Translations under genes and position numbers: made by a program
Source: a virus
Strand: one strand, 5' to 3'
DNA: 64,000 bases
IMG/VR virus record: IMGVR_UViG_3300027057_000001
Span: 1 to 64,000 of that record
Part shown: one piece after another, positions 15,448 to 24,167 of the stretch
Numbering within the stretch: position 1 is the stretch's first letter
How the letters are laid out: each line of letters opens with the position of its first letter
The notes under the pieces: generated by a model
Told to the model about the DNA's origin: nothing
Seen by the model: only the letters and a program-made list of their open reading frames with translations
Database searches by the model: none

Positions 15448-17877
15448 ATGGGTGACTTCGAGAAGGCATTAGCGGAAGCCATCGAGGCGGACGGCGGTGA
15501 GCTATCCGAGGTCAAGGACCAGGACGGCAACATTCTGAAGAAGGGTGACATCGTCGGCTTCAAGGCCGGGATGGAGCAAGAGGGCAAGATCGTCAAGATC
15601 CGTGGGAAGCAGATCACGGTGAAGTCGCTGGATCGCGAAGGCTTCAGCGGCGGGTACGCTGCTGGCCAGGAATACTACGACGTGATGGCCGACGACGTGT
15701 GGCAGGAGGAGTCCGTCGAGCCCACGGGCGTTCCCATTGAAGAGGTCCAGAACCGCTACGTGCGAGACATGCTGGGGTTCATCGACAACATCATGAAGCG
15801 CGGTGAGGAGGCGACCTGGAAGATCTGGGGCCTTACCAAGGGAAGCCCACCGGAGGAGTACGAGCTTCACGTCTCGGTTGACCCCTATGGTGTCACCATC
15901 GAGGACCCGACGCCTGGCTACACGCCGATGCGTCTGGCTAACACGGCGAACAAGGGGAAGATCAAGGCGTTCTTCGACAAGTGGATCAAGACGCTCTCTT
16001 GGGATCGCATGGAGTCCGTCGAGCCAACGGGCGTTCCTGTCGAGGAGGCCAAGGGGCGCACTTGGAGCGCCAACGGCTATCTGGAGATCAAGACCTTCGA
16101 CAGGCTCACCTCGAAGGACATCAGCGCCATCAAGCGGTACGTGATGCGCTGGGCCAACGGGGCGGAGAACGCTGGTCCCTCGATGCTTCCAAAGAACAAG
16201 CGGTGGAAGGCCACGGACGCCAGACTTCTTGGCGGCAAGCTCATGATCGTCTTCGAGACCGACGCTCCCGCCAACAGGACGACCTTTCAGGACATCGAGA
16301 ATGAGGTCATTGGCAGGGATGGCACGGGCGGGATGCTCTGGCAGTTCGCCGTCAAGGACGCATCGTCGCCAGACAATCTGGAGAGGCGTCTGTACGGTGG
16401 CAACTGGAACGCCGACGACCATATGTACGCTCTCCGTGTGGTGAATTTTGACATCCAGCCCAACGTGGGCTTCGGCGAGGAGAGGAGAAGGCCCATGGCA
16501 CGTAATCCATTCGGACACGCCATCAGCGAAGACGCCCATGACGAGCTTGCCGCGCTGGTCGGCGAGAAGGGGGCCAACGCCATCGTCGAGTCGATGGACG
16601 CCAGGCTGCCGGTCGAGCCCATCGAGGAGAACCGGCCCATGGACAAGGGCCTTCGCTTCGAGGTCATCAACTACGAGCCCGGCGACTTTGGCGGGATGGG
16701 CAAGGCCCAGGGCGAGTACGCCGTCTACATCATCGGCGAGACCTTCGCGATCAAGGACCGGCTGAAGAAGCTGGGCCTGCGCTGGGATGGCACTCGGAAG
16801 CAGTGGGGCCTCTGGAACCGCTACACCAGCTTCGGTCGGTCGCAGCGCGGCAGCGTGTCGTCGAAGCAGGTCGAGAAGGCCATCGACAAGGTCAAGACGT
16901 TCGTCAAGGACTACAACGCCGAGGTCGAGAAGGGCAACCAGGCGAAGCTCTCCGGTGGTGGCATCGCCGACGACCCGAAGCCGATGACGATGCGGGGCCA
17001 GGTCAAGGCCATCATGTCGGCCCAGCGGCTCAACAAGCGGCTGAAGAAGAACGGCCTGGTCGTCACCTACGACTTCCCGCACAGCGTCGGCGGCTTCTCC
17101 GAGGCCGGGGCCTACAACGCCTGGGTGGTCGGCAAGACCTGGCTCGTGAAGAACGCGCTGAAGCGGTTCGGCTTCACCTTCAACCGCACGGTGCCTGGTG
17201 ATGTCGCCAGGCGCGCGAAGGAGGCTGGGCTGAAGAAGGTCGATGCCGGGTGGATGATGGACGGCGCGACCTACGACCGCATCTCGAAGCAGGTGGAACA
17301 GCACCTCCTGCGCGTGGCCGAGGGCACGATGAGGGAGGCCGAGGAGATGGACTCGAACCTGGACGAGGCCGGGTTCGTCATCGGCGCAGGCGGGCTGGAG
17401 AAGCCCGCTGGCGAGGGCATGAAGCTCCAGCCCAACACCGCCTACTACTACGGCGCGTCGTCGAGCCCCGGCCTCATCATCGTGGACAGCGTCAAGGGTG
17501 GCCGCGTCACCTACTACGACCCCTACTCGAAGAAGCGGCGCACGGAGCAGGAGTGGATCTTCCGCGACCTGGCAGAGAAGGGCACCCGGAACTGGCTGAA
17601 GGTCTACGCCAAGTACCAGCCGGAACTCGCGCGCAACATGAAGGCTCTGCTGGCCGGGAAGTCGGCCAAGGCCAACGGTCAAGACTTCGACCGCTTCAAG
17701 GTCATCGTGACGGTGGCGCAGCGCAAGGGCGATATGTGGCGGGCAGCCGAGGAGTTCGGCAGCGTGGGCGGATTCGCGGACGACCCCGACCGCTACGAGA
17801 TCGAACTGATGCGGTCCTCGCTCAACCGGCTCCGCAAGGACCGGCGCTTCTCCATCGAGAGCGAGACCAAGCTCTAA
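15448..17877 (+). CDS. multi-module protein; candidate protease-processed internal head polyprotein
   Basis: basic modules separated by acidic linkers ending (L/I/V)xE; duplicated ESVEPTGVPxEE linker. Confidence 0.6.
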   Translation: MGDFEKALAEAIEADGGELSEVKDQDGNILKKGDIVGFKAGMEQEGKIVKIRGKQITVKSLDREGFSGGYAAGQEYYDVMADDVWQEESVEPTGVPIEEVQNRYVRDMLGFIDNIMKRGEEATWKIWGLTKGSPPEEYELHVSVDPYGVTIEDPTPGYTPMRLANTANKGKIKAFFDKWIKTLSWDRMESVEPTGVPVEEAKGRTWSANGYLEIKTFDRLTSKDISAIKRYVMRWANGAENAGPSMLPKNKRWKATDARLLGGKLMIVFETDAPANRTTFQDIENEVIGRDGTGGMLWQFAVKDASSPDNLERRLYGGNWNADDHMYALRVVNFDIQPNVGFGEERRRPMARNPFGHAISEDAHDELAALVGEKGANAIVESMDARLPVEPIEENRPMDKGLRFEVINYEPGDFGGMGKAQGEYAVYIIGETFAIKDRLKKLGLRWDGTRKQWGLWNRYTSFGRSQRGSVSSKQVEKAIDKVKTFVKDYNAEVEKGNQAKLSGGGIADDPKPMTMRGQVKAIMSAQRLNKRLKKNGLVVTYDFPHSVGGFSEAGAYNAWVVGKTWLVKNALKRFGFTFNRTVPGDVARRAKEAGLKKVDAGWMMDGATYDRISKQVEQHLLRVAEGTMREAEEMDSNLDEAGFVIGAGGLEKPAGEGMKLQPNTAYYYGASSSPGLIIVDSVKGGRVTYYDPYSKKRRTEQEWIFRDLAEKGTRNWLKVYAKYQPELARNMKALLAGKSAKANGQDFDRFKVIVTVAQRKGDMWRAAEEFGSVGGFADDPDRYEIELMRSSLNRLRKDRRFSIESETKL

Positions 17878-18107
17878 AAAGGCCGGGCCGAGGCGGCATC
17901 GAACAGCCACCGTTGCCCAGGGGCGCTCTGGAAGGCGTCCCAGGCAGCCTGGGCCAGGTCGATGTCGCGGAGGTCGCAGGCGTACCCCTCGAACATCTCC
18001 AGACCGCTATCCTCGATGCGATAGACCTCCAGCTTGCCACCACGGAACGAGGTGACCTGGAAGGGCCGACGATTGTAGGTGAAGTGGGCTTTGGTGATGT
18101 CGCTCAT
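17874..18107 (-). CDS. hypothetical protein
   Basis: GGAGG RBS. Confidence 0.65.
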   Translation of the reverse strand: MSDITKAHFTYNRRPFQVTSFRGGKLEVYRIEDSGLEMFEGYACDLRDIDLAQAAWDAFQSAPGQRWLFDAASARPF

Positions 18108-18116
18108 GGTGGCCTC

Positions 18117-18395
18117 CTACAGATCCTCGTGCGCGGGCACGGGGGTGGTGTCCTCGAACACGTTCCAGTAGCACTCCTGGGAGCAGAGCCCGGCGTAGGC
18201 GTCACGGTCGCCGACCGGCTTGCCGCACTCCGGGCAGGTGTCGGAGTCGAGCGCCGCGCAGAAGTCCTCGACCTCCTGGGGCACGTCGATCTCGACGGTG
18301 CGGGGGTTGACGATGGCGATAGCCTCGTCCACGGAGTGACCCTCGGTGATGAGGGCCATGATCTTCAGTCCGTCTTCGCCGTTGTAAAATTCCAT
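18117..18395 (-). CDS. small Zn-finger protein
   Basis: CPECG..LCSQEC. Confidence 0.6.
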   Translation of the reverse strand: MEFYNGEDGLKIMALITEGHSVDEAIAIVNPRTVEIDVPQEVEDFCAALDSDTCPECGKPVGDRDAYAGLCSQECYWNVFEDTTPVPAHEDL

Positions 18396-18409
18396 CGTCT
18401 CCATCCCTT

Positions 18410-18733
18410 CTACAGAGCCACGCAGTCCGCGATGGCTTCGATGCGGGTGCTGTTGCGGTACGCCCACTCCATGATTTCGACCACGCTGGTCCCAAGGGAG
18501 CGGACCTCGTCCACGGTCATGCCGTAGTCGAGCAGGTCGCGAGCCATGCTCTCGGCGTGGGACCAGGTCTGATCCCACTCGTAGCCGTAGTCCTCGCAGT
18601 CGTAGTCGTCGTCGTGGGACGACGGCAGGGGGTAGACCGCGCAGAGCGCGTCCATCACCACCTCGGCCATCATGTCGATGGCGAGCGCCTGGGGGGTGGG
18701 GGGAGTGTAGGTGGTGATGGTGTTGGTGTTCAT
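18410..18733 (-). CDS. early hypothetical protein (MNTNTITT...)
   Basis: GGGACACC-ATG leader, early promoter upstream. Confidence 0.7.
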   Translation of the reverse strand: MNTNTITTYTPPTPQALAIDMMAEVVMDALCAVYPLPSSHDDDYDCEDYGYEWDQTWSHAESMARDLLDYGMTVDEVRSLGTSVVEIMEWAYRNSTRIEAIADCVAL

Positions 18734-18757
18734 GGTGTCCCTCGCTGCCATGCACAC

Positions 18758-18785
18758 AATCTATGGTCTGGTTTGCGATTGTCAA
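18758..18785 (-). promoter_or_regulatory. early-type promoter
   Basis: TTGACA-atcgcAAACCAgacca-TAGATT. Confidence 0.8.
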
Positions 18786-18803
18786 CATCCTCCTGTAAAT
18801 TAG

Positions 18804-19022
18804 GTGGAGAAAGTTACAGGAGACAGGTGGTACGATTTCCTTATGAGGCAGTGGAAGCACAGCCCCCAGAAGGTCCAGTGCGCTGCCTGTGGTGTCGAAG
18901 GGCTCCGGGTCAACGACAAGGACAAGGAGTGGGTCAACATCGCGGGCCAGTGGTACTGCCGCAAGGACGCCTGTCAGCAGGTGGCCAGGATGCCCCTCAT
19001 CCGGCACCAGTTGACAAAGTGA
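18804..19022 (+). CDS. small Zn-finger protein
   Basis: CAACG..WYCRKDAC. Confidence 0.55.
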   Translation: MEKVTGDRWYDFLMRQWKHSPQKVQCAACGVEGLRVNDKDKEWVNIAGQWYCRKDACQQVARMPLIRHQLTK

Positions 19023-19045
19023 AAACGACACCATAGGTTAGACGC

Positions 19046-19429
19046 ATGTCGGTAATCAACGAGACGGACAGGTACGTCTACGACGCATCGGTCATTCGGG
19101 TGGTGGACGGAGACACGCTCGACCTGCTCATCGACCTCGGCTTCCGCGTCTTCACGAAGGTGCGCGTGCGCCTGTTCGGCGTGGACACGCCCGAGACATT
19201 CGGCGTGAAGAAGGAGAGCGAGGAGTACCAGGCAGGGAAGGAGGCGACACACTTCGTCGAGACCTGGTTCACCGAGCGAGAGAATGTGCTCGTCAAGAGC
19301 CACGACGGCAAGCCATTAGGGCAGGGCAAGTACGGACGCTGGCTGGCGGTCGTGCTTCCGAGGGATGGCGGCATGTCCCTCAATGAGGCGCTGTTGAAGA
19401 ATGGCCACGCAGAAAAGGTCTCCTACTGA
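19046..19429 (+). CDS. thermonuclease (SNase-like)
   Basis: RVVDGDT, VRLFGVDTPE, GKYGRWLA, LNEALLKNGHA. Confidence 0.9.
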   Translation: MSVINETDRYVYDASVIRVVDGDTLDLLIDLGFRVFTKVRVRLFGVDTPETFGVKKESEEYQAGKEATHFVETWFTERENVLVKSHDGKPLGQGKYGRWLAVVLPRDGGMSLNEALLKNGHAEKVSY

Positions 19430-19694
19430 GCGGAAGGTCCAGGACGGTCGGGTCACGAAGATCTGCCCCATATGTGGGCGCGGCATCATCATGGACCACA
19501 ACCTGTCGGACCTGAACTACGACAAGCACGTTGACGCCTGTCCGAAGCAGCAGATGAAGGCTCGACGAGCGGCTGGGCGGCGGTACATCAGGAAGCTCGC
19601 CAAGGCGGGCAAGGGGACGGACGCGGCGCTCCCGGGGATGGGGCAGCTTGCGCTTCCATTCGTCGAAGGGGTGCCACAGGAGGTTGGTGGATGA
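19401..19694 (+). CDS. hypothetical Zn-finger protein
   Basis: CPICG..HVDAC. Confidence 0.55.
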   Translation: MATQKRSPTERKVQDGRVTKICPICGRGIIMDHNLSDLNYDKHVDACPKQQMKARRAAGRRYIRKLAKAGKGTDAALPGMGQLALPFVEGVPQEVGG

Positions 19695-20368
19695 GCGCTA
19701 CGGGTCGGGGCAACAAGAGGGTCTTTCTGGATGACTACCCGACCCCTGCGTGGCCGGTGCATCGGCTGCTGGAGAAGGTGAAGCTCCCCGCTGGCACCTG
19801 GATCGAGCCCGCCTGCGGCGCGGGCAACATCGTCAAGGCCGTGAACCAGGCGAAGAAGGGGGTGAAGTGGGTCACCATCGACATCAACCCGCAGTACCCA
19901 GCCGACCTGACAGGCGACTTCACCTGGTTCGACGGAGCTATCCTGAAGGGCCTAATGCCCGCCAAGGGGCTCTTCGACGTCTGCATCACCAACCCACCCT
20001 ACAAGCTCGCCCAGGCGTTCGTGAACCAGGGGCTCCGTGTGGCGCGCTACGTCGTCATGCTGCTCCGCGTCAACTTCCTCGAAGGCGATGACCGGCAGCC
20101 CTGGATGGCGGAGAACACGCCGAGCTTGGCGGTGCTCCCCAACCGGCCCAGCTTCCGCGAGTTCATCGACCCGGAGACCGGGAAGAAGACGACGACCGAT
20201 GCCTGCGCCTACGCCTGGTTCGTCTGGGCACAGGACGGCGAGCGGCGGCTGGTCAAGGACGGGATCGTCATCCTGAACCGGACACCGGCAGCGGTGCGGC
20301 GCAGGGAGAAGGAGATCCTGTACAAGGAAGACATACCGGGCGACCTGTTCTCAGGAATCGAGATCTGA
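19691..20368 (+). CDS. DNA amino-methyltransferase (likely N6-adenine)
   Basis: DDYPTP, IEPACGAG SAM-binding motif, ITNPPY catalytic motif. Confidence 0.88.
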   Translation: MSATGRGNKRVFLDDYPTPAWPVHRLLEKVKLPAGTWIEPACGAGNIVKAVNQAKKGVKWVTIDINPQYPADLTGDFTWFDGAILKGLMPAKGLFDVCITNPPYKLAQAFVNQGLRVARYVVMLLRVNFLEGDDRQPWMAENTPSLAVLPNRPSFREFIDPETGKKTTTDACAYAWFVWAQDGERRLVKDGIVILNRTPAAVRRREKEILYKEDIPGDLFSGIEI

Positions 20369-20451
20369 AGCTGTCAGAAATCGACATCGGACTCCGTCCA
20401 TAGTGTTGACAACGCAATCCCATGCGCTAAGATTATGGGAGCGGAGGCAAC

Positions 20452-20694
20452 ATGAGCAACTGGACAGAGGAATGGGTCAACTCGGTCGGGCGGCGCGTCC
20501 GTGTCGTGATGGACGACATGAGCGTCGTGACCGGCGAGGTCGTCTCCGCGCGAGTCTCAGGGGACGTCACCGTGATGAGCGTCAGGGCAGAGTCGGTCGA
20601 GCCCGCTGGGATGCCCACGCAGCCCGGTGAGGTCGTTCACTCTCACCCACGCCACGTCAGCCCGGTCACCTGGGAGCCTTCGGAGGAGTCATGA
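20452..20694 (+). CDS. hypothetical protein
   Basis: GGAGG RBS; TTGACA promoter at ~20406. Confidence 0.65.
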   Translation: MSNWTEEWVNSVGRRVRVVMDDMSVVTGEVVSARVSGDVTVMSVRAESVEPAGMPTQPGEVVHSHPRHVSPVTWEPSEES

Positions 20695-21191
20695 GCGTCA
20701 CCTTCTTCATCACCAACTCGCCCACCCACGTCGTCGATGCCTGGGAGTGCCAGTGCGTCGATGACGGGAAGGCGTGGCCGACCTGTCTCCACTGCATGGG
20801 CACCGGAAAGGTGGAGTACGAGGAGCCCGTGTGGCCGAGCGTCAACATGGCCAACACGAACGCCCTGAACGTGCTTCGTGCCATCGGGTTCGCCCCGGAG
20901 TACGACGGCATGTGGGAAGGGGAGACCTTGGAGAGGGCTATCTCCGGGTGCCTGGCCGCGCTGAACAGCGAGTCTCGGCGGGCCGTGGCGACCCGCGAGG
21001 CGTACCACATCCCCGGTGGCCACGCTGGCGTTCGCGTCACCCACGAGGGCAACGTGGCGCGCGTGGAGCGCATGGGTGCCGAGGTCCACGGGTGCGCGTA
21101 CACGGATGACACCGTTCGGATGCGCGTGGGCCAGATCCTCGACATCTGCCGCAAGGCGCGTGAGGAAGGCGAGAAAGTCTGCTGGGGGTAG
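20691..21191 (+). CDS. hypothetical protein with CxxCxGxG
   Basis: ATGA overlap; CLHCMGTG. Confidence 0.65.
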   Translation: MSVTFFITNSPTHVVDAWECQCVDDGKAWPTCLHCMGTGKVEYEEPVWPSVNMANTNALNVLRAIGFAPEYDGMWEGETLERAISGCLAALNSESRRAVATREAYHIPGGHAGVRVTHEGNVARVERMGAEVHGCAYTDDTVRMRVGQILDICRKAREEGEKVCWG

Positions 21192-21219
21192 TTGACAATC
21201 GCAAACCAGTGGATAGGTT
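21192..21219 (+). promoter_or_regulatory. early-type promoter
   Basis: TTGACA-atcgcAAACCAgtgga-TAGGTT. Confidence 0.8.
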
Positions 21220-21241
21220 CTAGGCACGGACGGAGGACACC

Positions 21242-21802
21242 ATGGGCGTTTACACATACACTCTCAGGACCAAAACTCAGAACCTCGAACTGCCTGGTGG
21301 CGAGGTCGTGGTGGCGAACGTCATGGCGTACCTCTGCCGGTCGAACGACCACGACATGACCTTCATGTGGCCCGGCGACTACGGCTACAAGGAAGGGCTC
21401 CTGCTCAACGCCGCCATCGAGCGGTGCCAGGACCGCTTCTGGAACAAGGGAGAGGTCTACATCATCCACGAGGACTCGAAGCAGGGCTACGAGGTCTACA
21501 AGGCCGAGGACGCCCACAAGGCGTGCGTCTGGTACGACTGCGATGCGATGACCTCCATGGAGGGCGTCACGCTCGTCGGGCGGCTGGGTTCGCGCGTGCG
21601 CCGGGGCCGGAAGTTGGTCTGGACCGTCATGGCCGACGACGAGGCCGAGGCGTTCGACAAGGCCGAAGAGGAGAAGCGCCGGGCCGAGCGCGCGGAGCAG
21701 AAGCGGAAGCGCATCTTGGCCCGCGTGAAGGCGTACCAGGAGAAGATCGCGCAGAGACAACGGGAGGCCCAGGACGCCTCCCTCAACAGCGCTGGCCTGT
21801 AG
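21242..21802 (+). CDS. early hypothetical protein
   Basis: GGACGGAGGACACC-ATG leader. Confidence 0.75.
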   Translation: MGVYTYTLRTKTQNLELPGGEVVVANVMAYLCRSNDHDMTFMWPGDYGYKEGLLLNAAIERCQDRFWNKGEVYIIHEDSKQGYEVYKAEDAHKACVWYDCDAMTSMEGVTLVGRLGSRVRRGRKLVWTVMADDEAEAFDKAEEEKRRAERAEQKRKRILARVKAYQEKIAQRQREAQDASLNSAGL

Positions 21803-21823
21803 GCCGGTGGAGAGGAGAGCATC

Positions 21824-22321
21824 ATGGGACTCGGAAATCTGAGCAGGCGCGTTGGCATGAACCAGTCGAGCCGTGACGACCGCACGAAGCTGGCGGACCA
21901 CGAGAACCAGACCCTCAACGATCAGTCGAGTGCCTGGGAGCGCGGTGAGTCGGACGGCGAGATCATCGAGGCGTCCAAGCGGCCAGAGAAGCGCGAGCGC
22001 AAGGAAGGGGCCGTCACGGACCTGACCGAGGAGATCGCGGACCTCGTGAACGAGTTCGCCGAGGTGGAGGCCGCGCTGAAGGTGCTCAACGAGCGGCGTG
22101 CCGACCTGAAGGTGAAGGCGACGAAGCTGTCGCTGGAGCACGGTGTGGACGACTTCAGCGGTCCCCAGGGCAAGGTCCAGGTCATCGTGACGAAGCCTCG
22201 TGTCACCTTCGATAAGAAGAAGGCGAAGCAGTACATGACCGAGGAGCAGTTCAAGTCCTGCCACAAGACCGGCAAGACCCCGGACCCGACCGTGAAGTTC
22301 GTCCCGGCAGAAAAGAAGTAG
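21824..22321 (+). CDS. hypothetical coiled-coil protein
   Basis: GGAGAGGAG RBS. Confidence 0.65.
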   Translation: MGLGNLSRRVGMNQSSRDDRTKLADHENQTLNDQSSAWERGESDGEIIEASKRPEKRERKEGAVTDLTEEIADLVNEFAEVEAALKVLNERRADLKVKATKLSLEHGVDDFSGPQGKVQVIVTKPRVTFDKKKAKQYMTEEQFKSCHKTGKTPDPTVKFVPAEKK

Positions 22322-22338
22322 TGCAAGTCACTTTCGCT
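22320..22338. repeat. 19-bp palindrome, copy 3 (2 mismatches)
   Basis: AGTGCAAGT-C-ACTTTCGCT. Confidence 0.7.
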
Positions 22339-22349
22339 CTCCGTTCCTG

Positions 22350-22377
22350 TTGACAACTCAAAACCAAGCCTTAGATT
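22350..22377 (+). promoter_or_regulatory. early-type promoter
   Basis: TTGACA-actcaAAACCAagcct-TAGATT. Confidence 0.8.
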
Positions 22378-22399
22378 GTTGATACGGACGGAGGACACC

Positions 22400-22816
22400 A
22401 TGACACTTACCAAGACCATCACCATCACCGAGACGGCAGCGAACGGCTGGAAGCGCGAGACGACGAAGCGCGTCCCTATCGAGGCTGACGACTCCTGGGG
22501 CATGTTCACGACGGCGGGCAACAAGAGCCTCCAGAAGAAGGCCCAGCGGCTCCTGACCCGCGTGGAGAAGTTGCTCGACCAGGACAAGGCGAGCCGGAAG
22601 AACGTGCGCGCGGCGTGCGTGACATTCGTCGCGGGCTGGGAGCGCATGTCCTACTCGAAGACGATGGGCGAGGCTGGTGACTCAGATGTCAGGGGGTGCG
22701 TGGCTGGCTTCGTGGACGAGATCTGGGAGGCCGTGTTCGGCGAGAGCAACTGGGACCTCTGGGACGAGGTCAGCAGCGAGGCGTATCGGCGAGTGCGCGC
22801 AGAGCGCAACAAGTAG
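22400..22816 (+). CDS. early hypothetical protein
   Basis: GGACGGAGGACACC-ATG leader. Confidence 0.75.
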   Translation: MTLTKTITITETAANGWKRETTKRVPIEADDSWGMFTTAGNKSLQKKAQRLLTRVEKLLDQDKASRKNVRAACVTFVAGWERMSYSKTMGEAGDSDVRGCVAGFVDEIWEAVFGESNWDLWDEVSSEAYRRVRAERNK

Positions 22817-22829
22817 GACGGAGGACACC

Positions 22830-23303
22830 ATGGCACGACTGAAGGTGACGAGCATCGAGCAGAGGGATCGAGACTGGCGCGACCGCGAAGAGAAGGTCCG
22901 CGTCTACATCTTCCCCGAAGGGGAGGGCGTCTTCTCGAACCTCATCAACCGGCACGACCGACCCCACAAGCTGTACCGGGCCGAGGTGATGCCGAAGGTG
23001 CTCGAAGACCTGGGACTGGAGCCCACGGCGAAGTACCGCTGGAGCCAGAAGTGCGGGTGCTCGTGCGGCTGTTCCCCCGGCTTCATCATCAGCGGCGACT
23101 TCCGGCGACTGGATGTCTACGTGAAGTGCGAGCCCATGGACGAGGAGAACGACGTGGACGCCGCGAAGCTGTCAGACGAGCCCGACCAGGCGCGTCGGCT
23201 CTCCAGAGCGGCGGACCTGGATGCGGACCCGACAATCCCCGTGAGCCTCACACCGGAGGCCAGGGCCTTTCTCGACGAGGTGGACAATGCGACGACGGAC
23301 TGA
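22830..23303 (+). CDS. early hypothetical protein with WSQKCGCSCGCSPGF motif
   Basis: GGACGGAGGACACC-ATG leader. Confidence 0.75.
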   Translation: MARLKVTSIEQRDRDWRDREEKVRVYIFPEGEGVFSNLINRHDRPHKLYRAEVMPKVLEDLGLEPTAKYRWSQKCGCSCGCSPGFIISGDFRRLDVYVKCEPMDEENDVDAAKLSDEPDQARRLSRAADLDADPTIPVSLTPEARAFLDEVDNATTD

Positions 23304-23514
23304 GCAGTGGGAGATGGAGATCGAGGCCCCAGAGACCTGTCCCGTGTGCGGAGGCGACAACAGCGAGAGCGCCAGCGGGTTCTGCTCCCTGGCGTGCGAG
23401 AACGCCTACATGGACGAGCAGCGCAGGCGCGACGACGAGTACGCGCGGGACCTTCAACTGGAGATCCAGGAGTACCCGCCCGACGTGGTGAGAAAAATCA
23501 TGGGAGGGTGTTGA
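23287..23514 (+). CDS. small Zn-finger protein
   Basis: CPVCG..FCSLAC. Confidence 0.6.
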   Translation: MRRRTEQWEMEIEAPETCPVCGGDNSESASGFCSLACENAYMDEQRRRDDEYARDLQLEIQEYPPDVVRKIMGGC

Positions 23515-23538
23515 CAATAGCAAACCAGTGCTTAGATT
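23511..23538 (+). promoter_or_regulatory. early-type promoter driving the ncRNA array
   Basis: TTGACA-atagcAAACCAgtgct-TAGATT. Confidence 0.8.
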
Positions 23539-23781
23539 GAGTTCAGGCAGGGAGGAACGGAGGCCGACGATGAGCTAGAGAAAAGCCGATACCCCGCCAG
23601 CCAATGGACAAAGTGATGGCTGGGGCGAGGCGGGGTGGCGAGATACCAGCCGACTTCAACCATAGAGCCCCCAACGGGCGGGGCAGAAAGCGAGAGGTTC
23701 GACATGGTCTAAGTCAGGGGCAGGAGAGCGGGTGACCCGGCACCTTCCTCCACAGCCCCATCGCAGCCGGGTGGCCGATAT

Positions 23782-23967
23782 GCCCAGTAGAAGCAGCGAC
23801 GGGTCAGCGTTGCCCCCTAGCCAGGGGCTTGAAAGACCCGGTCACCACGCGAGGATTGTTCCACGCGGGTGGAGGTGGATGGCCCCACTTTGTAGCGGTG
23901 GCGCGAATGCTTCGTCCATGAGCCTGGCTAGCACATGGATTCGGTTCAACTCCGATGCTGGGCACCA
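23782..23967 (+). ncRNA. expanded tRNA-like RNA 1 (186 nt)
   Basis: acceptor GCCCAGT/GCTGGGC plus ACCA; T-arm TCGG-TTCAACT-CCGA. Confidence 0.7.
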
Positions 23968-23979
23968 ATGAGGTCTTTT

Positions 23980-24163
23980 GGCTCGTGGAGCAGCGCATCG
24001 CGCAAGTCTGAACGCCTTGGCCAGCGGGAGGATGCGGTGCCACCCGGAGGGGTGGAGAAGGGGCTGACCTCTTCTTCTCGTAGCAGGGGCGAATGCTCCA
24101 AGCCCACCCGTGCAGGTCAGCAGGGGGTGGGTTCGCCGGGTTCGATCCCCGGACGGGTCACCA
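23980..24163 (+). ncRNA. expanded tRNA-like RNA 2 (184 nt)
   Basis: acceptor GGCTCGT/ACGGGTC plus ACCA; T-arm CCGGG-TTCGATC-CCCGG. Confidence 0.72.
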
Positions 24164-24167
24164 TTAT

